From the IMG/VR virus record IMGVR_UViG_3300021964_000015: 64,000 nt of DNA. The stretch is one strand, 5' to 3'. The stretch is from a virus. The position numbers were made by a program, and so were the translations under genes. The notes under the pieces were generated by a model, which saw nothing but the letters and a program-made list of their open reading frames with translations, was not told the origin of the DNA and did no database searches. Positions 26,262-35,251 of the stretch are shown here, in pieces (within the stretch, counting starts at the first letter, position 1; every line of letters begins with the position of its first letter).

Positions 26262-27053
26262 GTGTTTAGTCAAATATCCAGTACTAGCACGAACAAGCAA
26301 CCGCTCCTGGTTGATAGGCCGCTTTTTGATTCGGTTCGTGTAACCACTCAAACTGTTGGTAGTTCTACTGCCAATACACTTTTTGTGCAAGGTGGACAAG
26401 CACCCTCTATCCTCGTGGATATGGATGCTGCACTACAAGAAGATAACAACAGTGGTGGCGTGGTTGATTCAATTACCATTACTCGTAATGACTTCTATCG
26501 TCCTGCTGATTACACCGTAAATACAGTCACATCTGGCAGTGTAATTTCTCTTGTTAGCGGTCAAGTTGTTTTTGTTGCTGAAACAGGTGTTGTTACTCCA
26601 GCTCCTGCAAGTGGCTACGGCTATTACACCTATACAGGTGCAACTACCCTGACAGGTGTTAATACATCTTTTGAGTACTCAGGCGGATCTTCTTCAGGTT
26701 TCCTCTATAACGGTGTAGCCTGGGGAGATCAACCCAACGTTACCTTTGTCTTCTACCACACCCGTGGTACGACAACACCTATCCCTGCATCGGGTGACTA
26801 CCGTGTACTCTTTGCAAAAACAGTGCCAGCAGGTAGTGGTACTGTTGATTGCTCTGATCTCCTTCCTCAGCTTGCAACACCTGTTGTTGGCGCAGGTAAC
26901 ACAAATGGCCTTGGTCCCACTGCGCCTCTACGCAACAAAGGCATCTACCTGGAGCGTGGTGATCGCATTTACGTTGGTGTGTTCCCTGATGGTTTGAATA
27001 TTTCTGGTTACACACCAGGTGCTCACGTAACCGCACAAGGCGGATTCTTCTGA
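26262..27053 (+). CDS. structural protein (tail/nozzle-like, beta-rich); start uncertain
   Basis: T/G/V-rich 263 aa ending GIYLERGDRIYVG...AQGGFF. Confidence 0.7.
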   Translation: MFSQISSTSTNKQPLLVDRPLFDSVRVTTQTVGSSTANTLFVQGGQAPSILVDMDAALQEDNNSGGVVDSITITRNDFYRPADYTVNTVTSGSVISLVSGQVVFVAETGVVTPAPASGYGYYTYTGATTLTGVNTSFEYSGGSSSGFLYNGVAWGDQPNVTFVFYHTRGTTTPIPASGDYRVLFAKTVPAGSGTVDCSDLLPQLATPVVGAGNTNGLGPTAPLRNKGIYLERGDRIYVGVFPDGLNISGYTPGAHVTAQGGFF

Positions 27054-28603
27054 TGCCAAAGAAGAGTGGAAGCTCTTTTGGTAATTTTGACCGGGCGAAG
27101 AAATTTGATCCTCGTCCGGTTAAACCTATTACGACAGAATTTTCCAGAGGATCAGTACCTGATTCACTCTATGCAGTAAATAGAGAATCGGCCTGGTCTC
27201 GTTGGCGTAGAGGATATGAACTTGCTACGGCAACTTTTTATAATAACGACTATACATATCGTTTTCGTTACGAAATACCTAACACCATATCCAGTGGCAA
27301 CCCTGCGACTACAATCTCAGGCGCTTTCGTTGGTTATCCCACAAGCAACAAAGAGCTTGGGATGCAGTGGGCTATTTGGAGATTCGCTGGCTCTATTCGT
27401 ACCGATCAACTTACTGATCCAGTAAGTAGTCAAAACTTATTCATTGAATCAGTTACAGAAGATGCAAACTTCTGGTATGTAAAGCTAGCGGGCACCTGGA
27501 GCGCATCTAATCCATTACCTTCTCCTTTTTACATTCCTGTTGCAGGAGAACCCAATGGATTAAAACCAGCTAATACAGAAATCTTTGAAGACCGTATTCT
27601 TACGGTTAGTGGTGAAATTATTGATCAAGATACAATCAACCCAGCCACACAAACGCGCTACGGCTACGTACAAGCCGTTGTAGTGGCCATTAACCAGGAC
27701 ACAGGTATCCTTACCTTCAAGAAGGCTGGATCCGTGCAGGTAAGCCCTGACGGGGCTTTTATAACACCTTCTCCAATCGGCTTTACTCCAGGGAGATTTC
27801 TTAATTCTGGTTCGCGTTACTCTTGCACCTGCCAAGATTTCACACGTAGGGAATATGCATATCTAAGTTCAAAAGGTGATTCAAATAGGCGGCAGTTTCC
27901 ACGCACAAGTTTGTCCACCCTGAAACCAGGACGTTTTGAAATAACCAAACGTGATGGAATTATTGATAACTCCAGCATGACTAAATCAAATCAAAATAGA
28001 TCCTTGGAAGTTACATCGCCTGATAACTTTGGTTTGAACTATGAAGTAACGGATAATGCTCCTACCGATCGAAGGTCAACAAGAGATAATCCAGGGGTAT
28101 ATGCAGATTTTGGTGCAACGTATGTAAGAAGCACAAGCAATATTTCTATCCGTGGATCAACTCCAGAAGGTTTACCTGTTTTTGAAGATTACGCATCAGT
28201 CACGCAAACAACTGACGCAAACTCTATTGAACAAATTACGGTTACAGCAGTTAACGACACCTGGACCCCACTCCTAGATGAGTTGCGTTACTGCAAACAT
28301 ATCTATGCATTGAAATTTAGAGATAATGTATTCCCACCTGAACCATCCGATTTCCCAGTAGGGATTGAAAGCATGGCTGAATGGGAGCAAAAGTTAGTTT
28401 CAAAATCAGAGAAGGAACAGGAAAGCATTAAAGATTTCATGCAGACCAGGAATGCTTTATCAAAAATGGATGTTCCTCCTTATAACTGTCAATCGCCAAT
28501 GATTTTTCCGATGATACAAAGGTTGTTTAACTTTGCAACCGATCGTATCTTGCTTGAAAACTTCGTTATGTTTGACAAGAACGGAAATGAATATTCACCT
28601 TAA
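27053..28603 (+). CDS. protein with split SWIM-type zinc finger
   Basis: YSCTCQDF ... YCKHIYAL. Confidence 0.7.
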   Translation: MPKKSGSSFGNFDRAKKFDPRPVKPITTEFSRGSVPDSLYAVNRESAWSRWRRGYELATATFYNNDYTYRFRYEIPNTISSGNPATTISGAFVGYPTSNKELGMQWAIWRFAGSIRTDQLTDPVSSQNLFIESVTEDANFWYVKLAGTWSASNPLPSPFYIPVAGEPNGLKPANTEIFEDRILTVSGEIIDQDTINPATQTRYGYVQAVVVAINQDTGILTFKKAGSVQVSPDGAFITPSPIGFTPGRFLNSGSRYSCTCQDFTRREYAYLSSKGDSNRRQFPRTSLSTLKPGRFEITKRDGIIDNSSMTKSNQNRSLEVTSPDNFGLNYEVTDNAPTDRRSTRDNPGVYADFGATYVRSTSNISIRGSTPEGLPVFEDYASVTQTTDANSIEQITVTAVNDTWTPLLDELRYCKHIYALKFRDNVFPPEPSDFPVGIESMAEWEQKLVSKSEKEQESIKDFMQTRNALSKMDVPPYNCQSPMIFPMIQRLFNFATDRILLENFVMFDKNGNEYSP

Positions 28604-28713
28604 TTAATAATGTATACTTATATTAAGTCCCTCTGGACTTATTAAGCTTTTATTTAACCCTTGCGAGTTGGTCCCACCATTGGATATGGTTCGGTTACTC
28701 AGCTCATTTGGAC

Positions 28714-29136
28714 ATGACCTATCAACCGCCCCTGGATCAGCGGATTGTAGATGAGTACTTCCGTTTAGCATCCACGAAAAAAACAAAAGATGTTGCTTGG
28801 CTCTATGGCATGGTTGCTGCCTATGGCCTTAAGCCTGAACAACTGAAAAATCTTACATGGAATCAAGATTACTCAATATCATTACCATCCAAAAAACGAT
28901 CGATTAAACCAGTCCATCCTCAGTGGGCTTTTCTTTTTTCCCTAAAAGAAAAACAGCCCTGTGACCTACAGAGCTGCCTTGGTTCCCTTTGTTTGTCCCT
29001 TTATGAAGCAATGGCTTTTCAGAATGTTGAATTAAACATTACTGACTTGCTTCTTGCTCACAATCTCCGTAAGAAGCACTATAGGCAAGTTAAGCGGCCA
29101 GCGGCATCATACCCTGCTTTTGCAGGTGTTTCCTGA
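28714..29136 (+). CDS. degenerate tyrosine-recombinase-like domain
   Basis: WLYGMVAAYGLKPEQL resembles box I (YGLRPxEL) with R to K; HxxR and Tyr motifs eroded. Confidence 0.6.
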   Translation: MTYQPPLDQRIVDEYFRLASTKKTKDVAWLYGMVAAYGLKPEQLKNLTWNQDYSISLPSKKRSIKPVHPQWAFLFSLKEKQPCDLQSCLGSLCLSLYEAMAFQNVELNITDLLLAHNLRKKHYRQVKRPAASYPAFAGVS

Positions 29137-29308
29137 CTGCTGTTACATTCCAACGAAAGCTGTCCCTGGAACGGGTTTCAGAGAACGCTGCATAATGAGG
29201 ACCAAGCTTTAGCGTGCCGTTGTCACGATAGCGATGGAGCGTTTTGCGGTCGATGCCCAAAAGTTTTTCGGCTTGTTGACCTGAAACCCAGCCCGGATGC
29301 TTAGCCAT
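29090..29308 (-). CDS. excisionase/MerR-like HTH protein
   Basis: WVSGQQAEKLLGIDRKTLHRYRDNGTLKLGPHY. Confidence 0.8.
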   Translation of the reverse strand: MAKHPGWVSGQQAEKLLGIDRKTLHRYRDNGTLKLGPHYAAFSETRSRDSFRWNVTAVRKHLQKQGMMPLAA

Positions 29309-29450
29309 TGATGCGGTAATGAGGCTTTGAGTACAGGCACAAATTAACCTGGCACAGCAGTGTGTCAAGCAATTTAAGCAAAGCTTTATCTGTTTATCTT
29401 GTTACCTTACATATGTGGGCAAACTAAAATAAATTAACAGCAAGAAAAGT

Positions 29451-29807
29451 ATGTTTTGCAACCAGCATGAGCCGCTTGCCCTGCTAGTTGAATTAACACC
29501 TAAACTTGCCAAAAAACGTTTCCGACAAAGTATATACCAAGCTTGGGATAATAAGTGTGGGTATTGTGAAGGAGTTGCTACAAGCCTTGATCATATTATT
29601 CCTCGCTTTAAATCTGGTTGTTCTAACCGGAACAACCTTGTTCCTGCTTGTTGCCGATGCAATGCTAACAAGGCATCAGCCGACATGGAAACCTGGTACA
29701 AACAACAAGATTTCTTTAGTGAAGAAAAGTTGAATAGAATAAAAACCTGGATGAAACCAGATGAGTTTAGCCTCGTCGATTTTAACGCATATAGAAAAGC
29801 ATCATGA
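29451..29807 (+). CDS. HNH endonuclease (short, Zn-binding)
   Basis: CGYC...SLDHIIPRFKSG...NLVPACCRCN. Confidence 0.9.
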   Translation: MFCNQHEPLALLVELTPKLAKKRFRQSIYQAWDNKCGYCEGVATSLDHIIPRFKSGCSNRNNLVPACCRCNANKASADMETWYKQQDFFSEEKLNRIKTWMKPDEFSLVDFNAYRKAS

Positions 29808-32032
29808 TCCGGTTTAACGTAAAGGCTGGTGTACTTACTCCTGTATTACCAGCTGACGCAACAGAAGATGAGAAGGCTGTTGCTGGTCAGATTGCGCAGC
29901 GTTTTAATGGAATACAAGCTGGAGATACAAACTACAAGCAGTTGATGGAATCCCTGGATCAATCGCTCCAGGGTAATTATACAAATCCAAATGATTACAT
30001 TGATCAGCAAACAGTACAGGAACTAGAAAATTTTTACGCTACTGCTTCAGGCATTTCCCAGTGGGATCCGACTAAACAAGGCGCTGATCTATCTAACTTT
30101 GATGCCAAGTTTTATTCAAAGCAAGTACCAGATGAAGTTGCTAGCTGGAATAACGCATCAACTTCTGTTTCTTTTGGTGGACAAAAAATTGCTGACGTTG
30201 ATATTACAAAGAAGTACGCTGATTTAGATTCTTTTTTGCATGCAAATTACACCCTGGTTGGTGCACCAAGTGGCAGGCTAGGTAAACCAAGAGATCTTGA
30301 AGTGTATACAGAAGTTGGTAGAGCACCTACCGATAGAGAGCGTCAGATCTTAAGGGAAACAATCACTGGTACAAGCGAAGCAAGGCCGGATTCACTTGCA
30401 GCGCTTGCCACCCAAAGCCTTGTTGATAAACAAGGTGAACAAGCATTTGGCGCCTTATCAGCAGACGTATTAAAACAAACTCTTAATGAGTACAGTAAGG
30501 CATTAAAGAAAGAACAAATGGCTAATATTTTCCAGGGAATGGGAATGCCATCTGTTAATTCTTTAAAACAAGATATTAAAAATTCAATATTAGGCGATTC
30601 AGGATTTGGTGGTTTTCTTGGGTTCAATGCTGGTTCTGATGTTGAAAAAGGATTATCTGCGACGTTAGACAGAAGCCTTGGTATTGGATCTTCTGTTGCT
30701 TACAACTGGCAAGATTGGTTTGACAAAACATTAACAGAAAGATATCGCAACATGAGCGAGATCACCAACCCAGAAGATGCAAATATTAAATACAAACTGG
30801 AACAAGAATTTGTCAATAGTTTCATCAATGATTATTTAAAACCGCGTTTTGATACTTCTAAATCTATTTCTGAATTTGTTAGTTATATTGACGTTACAAA
30901 AGATGAGCAAAACGCCCTGCAGACACAGCTTGCGTCTAGCGCGTTAAAAGATTACGCTAATAAACAAGCAAATACATATATTGATAGCCTTGGTTCAAAC
31001 CAGGTTACACGTGGCTTTGATGCCAATTTTTACTTTAATCCTGAAACAATTACAGGCACTGATGTAACTGCAAAACAAGCAACCTACGCTGAACAAAAAA
31101 CAGCTGTTGATGCAGCCTGGAACGCACGCAACAGTGACGCTGCTATTGTTGATGGTAAATCCTGGAGTCAACTAGCTTATGAATATGGTTTAGATCTAGA
31201 AAACAAAGCTGATTTTGCTCGCCTTCATTACGAAGTTATTGGTAAAGGCAAAGGATATGATCCTGCCCCTGATACTTACACCAGGCAAGATCTTGCAAAA
31301 TACATTCAAGGTGACCTTGCGACCGCGTTGGAGGCGCAAAAAGCTTCTTTGCCAAGTCCTGTATTTGCTGATTTTGTATCAGCAGAAGCTAAGGCAGCTG
31401 ATTTAGTAGATAAGTTAAATATTGCAGCTTTACCTGCTGAGTTACAAGATCGCTTGCGAGTACTTGGTGTTAATGAAAAGACAGATCCAGCTGGAGAAGT
31501 AAAAGATGCCTTGGCTCAGATCTTACGTACAGATCCTGCTTTACAAATTCGAGAAGACATTAGACAGCTAAACGAACAAAAGGTTAAGCCAACGCAAGAA
31601 CAACTTGGTTATGGTTACATTCAAAGAGATACTGATGAACAAGTAGCTGCTCCAGCTGGTGGCAGTGCATTGTATAAAGTATTTAAGAACGCAGGATTTG
31701 GCGGCAGTGAAGCAGATTTTTATAAAGAATTTCTTCCTGATGCAACGGAAGAAGATAAAAGTTTGAGTGCAATTGACGTTGGGCAGGCTACTTCTTCCAA
31801 AGGATTAACTGGTTTATTAGGATTTGAATTACCTGATTTCTCTGATCCTTTTGCTGCAATGTCATCGATTGATCGAGCACTTGGTTCAGATACGGACGTA
31901 CCAGAACTTGGTAAAACACCCAGTCAACTTAAATTAAAATACTTTGATATGTTTGGTGATGAGAAAGATGAAAATGCACCTTCCTATTTTAATATGAGTA
32001 GAGGCGGTGGATTTGGTTCGCTATTCGGTTAA
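29804..32032 (+). CDS. large putative internal virion protein
   Basis: 742 aa helical protein with repeated FDAxFY motifs. Confidence 0.7.
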   Translation: MIRFNVKAGVLTPVLPADATEDEKAVAGQIAQRFNGIQAGDTNYKQLMESLDQSLQGNYTNPNDYIDQQTVQELENFYATASGISQWDPTKQGADLSNFDAKFYSKQVPDEVASWNNASTSVSFGGQKIADVDITKKYADLDSFLHANYTLVGAPSGRLGKPRDLEVYTEVGRAPTDRERQILRETITGTSEARPDSLAALATQSLVDKQGEQAFGALSADVLKQTLNEYSKALKKEQMANIFQGMGMPSVNSLKQDIKNSILGDSGFGGFLGFNAGSDVEKGLSATLDRSLGIGSSVAYNWQDWFDKTLTERYRNMSEITNPEDANIKYKLEQEFVNSFINDYLKPRFDTSKSISEFVSYIDVTKDEQNALQTQLASSALKDYANKQANTYIDSLGSNQVTRGFDANFYFNPETITGTDVTAKQATYAEQKTAVDAAWNARNSDAAIVDGKSWSQLAYEYGLDLENKADFARLHYEVIGKGKGYDPAPDTYTRQDLAKYIQGDLATALEAQKASLPSPVFADFVSAEAKAADLVDKLNIAALPAELQDRLRVLGVNEKTDPAGEVKDALAQILRTDPALQIREDIRQLNEQKVKPTQEQLGYGYIQRDTDEQVAAPAGGSALYKVFKNAGFGGSEADFYKEFLPDATEEDKSLSAIDVGQATSSKGLTGLLGFELPDFSDPFAAMSSIDRALGSDTDVPELGKTPSQLKLKYFDMFGDEKDENAPSYFNMSRGGGFGSLFG

Positions 32033-32037
32033 TACTT

Positions 32038-32337
32038 ATGTCAGATAAAAGGAAGAAAGCAGCTAAAGCTGCAAAATTAGCCAAGGATTCAATGCCTTGT
32101 AATAAACCAAAACGTACCCCTGGACATGCTACCAAGAGCCATGTGGTTAAAGCGTGTGAAGGAGGTAAGGAAAAGATTGTACGCTTTGGTCAACAAGGCG
32201 TAGAAGGCGCTGGTAAAAACCCAAAGAGTGAAAAAGATAAAGCAAGAAAGAAGTCGTATTACGCTAGACACAATGCCCAGGATCCTAATCCTGATAAAAT
32301 GTCAGCACGTTACTGGAGTCATCGCGTTAAGTGGTGA
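32038..32337 (+). CDS. conserved small basic phage protein
   Basis: KSHVVKAC...KIVRFGQQG...SYYARH...SARYWSH. Confidence 0.8.
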   Translation: MSDKRKKAAKAAKLAKDSMPCNKPKRTPGHATKSHVVKACEGGKEKIVRFGQQGVEGAGKNPKSEKDKARKKSYYARHNAQDPNPDKMSARYWSHRVKW

Positions 32338-32388
32338 GTAAAGTAACGGTTAAATGCGTTAAGCTTTAGAAGCTACTCATTTGACACG

Positions 32389-32511
32389 ATGGCTAAGCCC
32401 AAGTCCAATGCCCTGTTGATTGTTTCTAAGCCCAAGAAAACTAAGCAAGGTAACGGCCAGCATTCCAAGGCAAGTCATGGACGTAAGTTGCGTCGAGGGC
32501 AAGGTAAATAA
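32389..32511 (+). CDS. 40-aa basic peptide ending RGQGK (not in ORF track)
   Basis: MAKPKSNALLIVSKPKKTKQGNGQHSKASHGRKLRRGQGK. Confidence 0.7.
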   Translation: MAKPKSNALLIVSKPKKTKQGNGQHSKASHGRKLRRGQGK

Positions 32512-32546
32512 ATTGTGTATGATTGGAAGTAATAGTAGTTACTTCC

Positions 32547-33212
32547 ATGGCGGATCTTTCGCATGCCGTTAATCTAATTCGTAAATACGAAGGGTTTAAC
32601 GAAAAGGCATACCCTGATCCCCATACAGGTGGTGAACCTTATACCATCGGGTATGGGACACAGTTCTATCCCGATGGTTCTCCCGTCAAAAAAGGCCAGT
32701 GCTGTACAAAAGAAAAAGCACTGGAATACCTTTTCCATGAATTATCAGTCATTGAAAATCAACTGTTAAAACTCAACCTTGGTCTTGATGGATCCATGCA
32801 TCAAGCCCTGGTATCATTTGTCCATTCCGTAGGCTGGGACGCTTTTCTGTACAGCAGTGTGATTGATTGCATTGAAGCAGAAGATTTCTCTGGTGCTACA
32901 GAGGAAATAGGTAAATGGATCTTTGATGAATACCACAAAGTAATTGGTGGACTCCTGGATCGCAGAAGGGAAGAAATCAACTTGTTCCTACAAGAAGTTG
33001 AAGCAAACCCCTGGTCATCAACGGAAATCTTATTGAAAGCATTCCGTAATTACTGCGCATCTCCGCATCAGGTCAGAGCAATACGCAATCTTGAAGAAAA
33101 GTTAAATCCTTATTTACTTTCTGAATTTGCCAACGATTTTTGCATTGATGAGGATCCCTGGCTTGACTTTTGTGATTCCGCCCTGGATTCTATCTTTAAC
33201 AGCTACGATTAG
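32547..33212 (+). CDS. GH24 (T4-like) lysozyme with acidic C-terminal extension
   Basis: LIRKYEGF..KAYPDP...PYTIGYG catalytic E-D-T triad; GLLDRRREE. Confidence 0.9.
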   Translation: MADLSHAVNLIRKYEGFNEKAYPDPHTGGEPYTIGYGTQFYPDGSPVKKGQCCTKEKALEYLFHELSVIENQLLKLNLGLDGSMHQALVSFVHSVGWDAFLYSSVIDCIEAEDFSGATEEIGKWIFDEYHKVIGGLLDRRREEINLFLQEVEANPWSSTEILLKAFRNYCASPHQVRAIRNLEEKLNPYLLSEFANDFCIDEDPWLDFCDSALDSIFNSYD

Positions 33213-33230
33213 AATAATTTCATCAAAAGC

Positions 33231-33530
33231 ATGAAGACCGGAATGGAGCATTCAGTAGAACCACGGGAGTTCGCACTGCCCCTGGAACTTCAATTTGCAA
33301 TGCGCAAAGCTGAGGTGGAGTCCCAGGAAATGACGTGGGAAGAGTTACGGTGTGCACTTCTTAATCTGTACCATCAACGAATGATGGAATGGCACGCCAT
33401 TAAAAACATCATGGCAGAAGAAGAAATTGAAATTGATTGGGATCATCCAACTGATATTGAATTAGCAGAACTCGCCGCCGCCTGTTTGCAAGACGACGAC
33501 GACGAAGATGATGATCTACAACCTTTCTAG
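33231..33530 (+). CDS. nblA: NblA-like phycobilisome degradation protein
   Basis: LPLELQFAMRK...QEMTWEELRCALLNLYHQRMM fits the NblA pattern LSLEQQF...QMSREQ...LY.Q.M. Confidence 0.7.
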   Translation: MKTGMEHSVEPREFALPLELQFAMRKAEVESQEMTWEELRCALLNLYHQRMMEWHAIKNIMAEEEIEIDWDHPTDIELAELAAACLQDDDDEDDDLQPF

Positions 33531-34075
33531 TCCTTATCGAATCCAATAAGGCGTTCTAAATACCAGGACGCTTTCCTAAGGGATTCAGTACCACCTTTAT
33601 GTTTCTCACGCCAAACATACTTGGCAATATTACCTTTTAGATAACCACGATATTCCTCTGGTGTAAGTTGGGCTTCAATTGCTTCAATGCATTCAAGCCC
33701 GCCTTCTGTGTAATGAGGAGGATGGTTTACGTAATCGGTGTCAGCAAGTTTTTTAATTGTATTTTCTTCAGGGAAGTTTGAATCCCGATCACTGGACAAA
33801 AACTCTGAACTTGAAAGGAGTTCTTTTGCTTTAGCCCAGGGGACAGGACACACACCATCCTTACATTCCATACTTTCATCTACCGCAGCAAACCACGTCT
33901 TTTGGCTGACAGCATCATCTCCTTCTCGTCCGGCTCCTCCAGCTCCATTACCAGCGTCTTGGACTTCGGTGATGCTCCCATTTCCATCCCCTCCTCCATC
34001 GTTGGAATGTAACCCGTCGTTCCCAGGCGTGCTCCCTCTAAGTTCAATTGTTTCCGTTCCAAGCCACTCTCGCAT
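33527..34075 (-). CDS. DUF3310 (SaV / T7 gp1.7-like) protein; start uncertain
   Basis: VNHPPHYTEGGLECIEAI...GYLKGNIAKYVWR..HKGG..SLRKASWYL. Confidence 0.85.
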   Translation of the reverse strand: MREWLGTETIELRGSTPGNDGLHSNDGGGDGNGSITEVQDAGNGAGGAGREGDDAVSQKTWFAAVDESMECKDGVCPVPWAKAKELLSSSEFLSSDRDSNFPEENTIKKLADTDYVNHPPHYTEGGLECIEAIEAQLTPEEYRGYLKGNIAKYVWREKHKGGTESLRKASWYLERLIGFDKD

Positions 34076-34221
34076 GCCACTAAACCTCGATTGTACATGT
34101 CATACAATGGTACGTCATTTTCTTCATTGGCGAGAGGTTGACCGAATGTTTCATCAGTCAAACAACGGCAACTAACTTCATCTTTGACAAAGTTATCCAG
34201 AAAGCTTGCAGCAGAATGCAT
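33880..34221 (-). CDS. hypothetical protein
   Basis: about 113-aa ORF overlapping the N-terminal part of the DUF3310 ORF. Confidence 0.6.
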   Translation of the reverse strand: MHSAASFLDNFVKDEVSCRCLTDETFGQPLANEENDVPLYDMYNRGLVACESGLERKQLNLEGARLGTTGYIPTMEEGMEMGASPKSKTLVMELEEPDEKEMMLSAKRRGLLR

Positions 34222-34260
34222 CACAGCAATTAGTTGATTTACTTCTTTTACAATAATAAG

Positions 34261-34635
34261 ATGGCAAACATATTAAGACCTACATACGATCCTCGTCAGG
34301 ATTCAGGTACTTCTGGAGCTGAAGTATCTGACCTACGGCCTGAACAGGCATATGACACTGATCTAAGAAGGCTGGATGAAGATAAAAGAGATGCGGCTGA
34401 ATCGGTTAATCGTAAACAAAATCGTGTAGCTAAATTTTTCAAAGCGGCACGCACTGCTGGTAGATATCGCCAACGTGCTGGCATTGCAGAGCCCACAATC
34501 GATGGAGAGACACCACGCTCACGTTTGGAGATCGATGGTGTGGAATTACCTTCTCTTGGGGACTCAGGCGGGCGTGCCGGTGGTATGAGCTACGCCCGTA
34601 AGCCTTCGATTCAATTCGGCAAACCCTTTGGTTAA
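34261..34635 (+). CDS. hypothetical protein
   Basis: start MANILRP after a TACAAT box. Confidence 0.7.
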   Translation: MANILRPTYDPRQDSGTSGAEVSDLRPEQAYDTDLRRLDEDKRDAAESVNRKQNRVAKFFKAARTAGRYRQRAGIAEPTIDGETPRSRLEIDGVELPSLGDSGGRAGGMSYARKPSIQFGKPFG

Positions 34636-35219
34636 ACCTGAGAGAACACTACGTTATTAGGTTGATCTTGATACTTACCTTTTCGATCCTGGTAAGTAGT
34701 GTGGCAAGGATTACCACGATAGAAAAGTAATTGAGTAATCCCTTCATTCGCATAGATGCGATTGAACAAACCAGTGCAATTACTAATTTCAAGCGTCAGA
34801 TAACCTTCCCAACCACTTTCCGCTGGCGTAATGTTTACCAAGATACCAGAGCGTGCATAGGTAGATTTACCTACAGCAACAACAGTAACGTCACGAGGTA
34901 ACTTCAAACGTTCTTGTGCAACGCCAAGGCAATAGCCATATGGAGGCAACAAGAAGTACTTACCGCGTTCATCCTCCAGGAGATCAGCGGGCTTTAAAAT
35001 GTCGGGATCAAAATCTTTTGGATCACAATCACCAGCTTGTACCTTACCGAAGATCAAGCATTGTTTTGGGGAAAGGCGGATATCGTAACCATAAGAGCTA
35101 AGGCCATAGCTAAGTAACTTACGGTCATCCTCACGACTGATCAGATGATCAACAAAAGGTTGAATCATCTCCTCTTCTTCAGCGAGTTTTTTGATTTCCC
35201 AGTCGGCAAGGACGCTCAT
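34632..35219 (-). CDS. dcd: dCTP deaminase
   Basis: SYGLSSYGYDIRL...GKSTYARSG...GWEGYLTLEISN...YANEGI.Q..F...KGKYQ. Confidence 0.95.
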   Translation of the reverse strand: MSVLADWEIKKLAEEEEMIQPFVDHLISREDDRKLLSYGLSSYGYDIRLSPKQCLIFGKVQAGDCDPKDFDPDILKPADLLEDERGKYFLLPPYGYCLGVAQERLKLPRDVTVVAVGKSTYARSGILVNITPAESGWEGYLTLEISNCTGLFNRIYANEGITQLLFYRGNPCHTTYQDRKGKYQDQPNNVVFSQV

Positions 35220-35251
35220 AAATCCCTGTAATCGCTCTTTAGTATACTAAA

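Noticed and set aside
26213-26280. Group I or II intron around the second endonuclease
   Set aside because: Only about 65 nt available; no P7 (GACUA/UAGUC) core, domain V or suitable terminal G
28714-29136. Functional integrase implying a prophage
   Set aside because: Too short, catalytic residues missing, and no host DNA or att site visible
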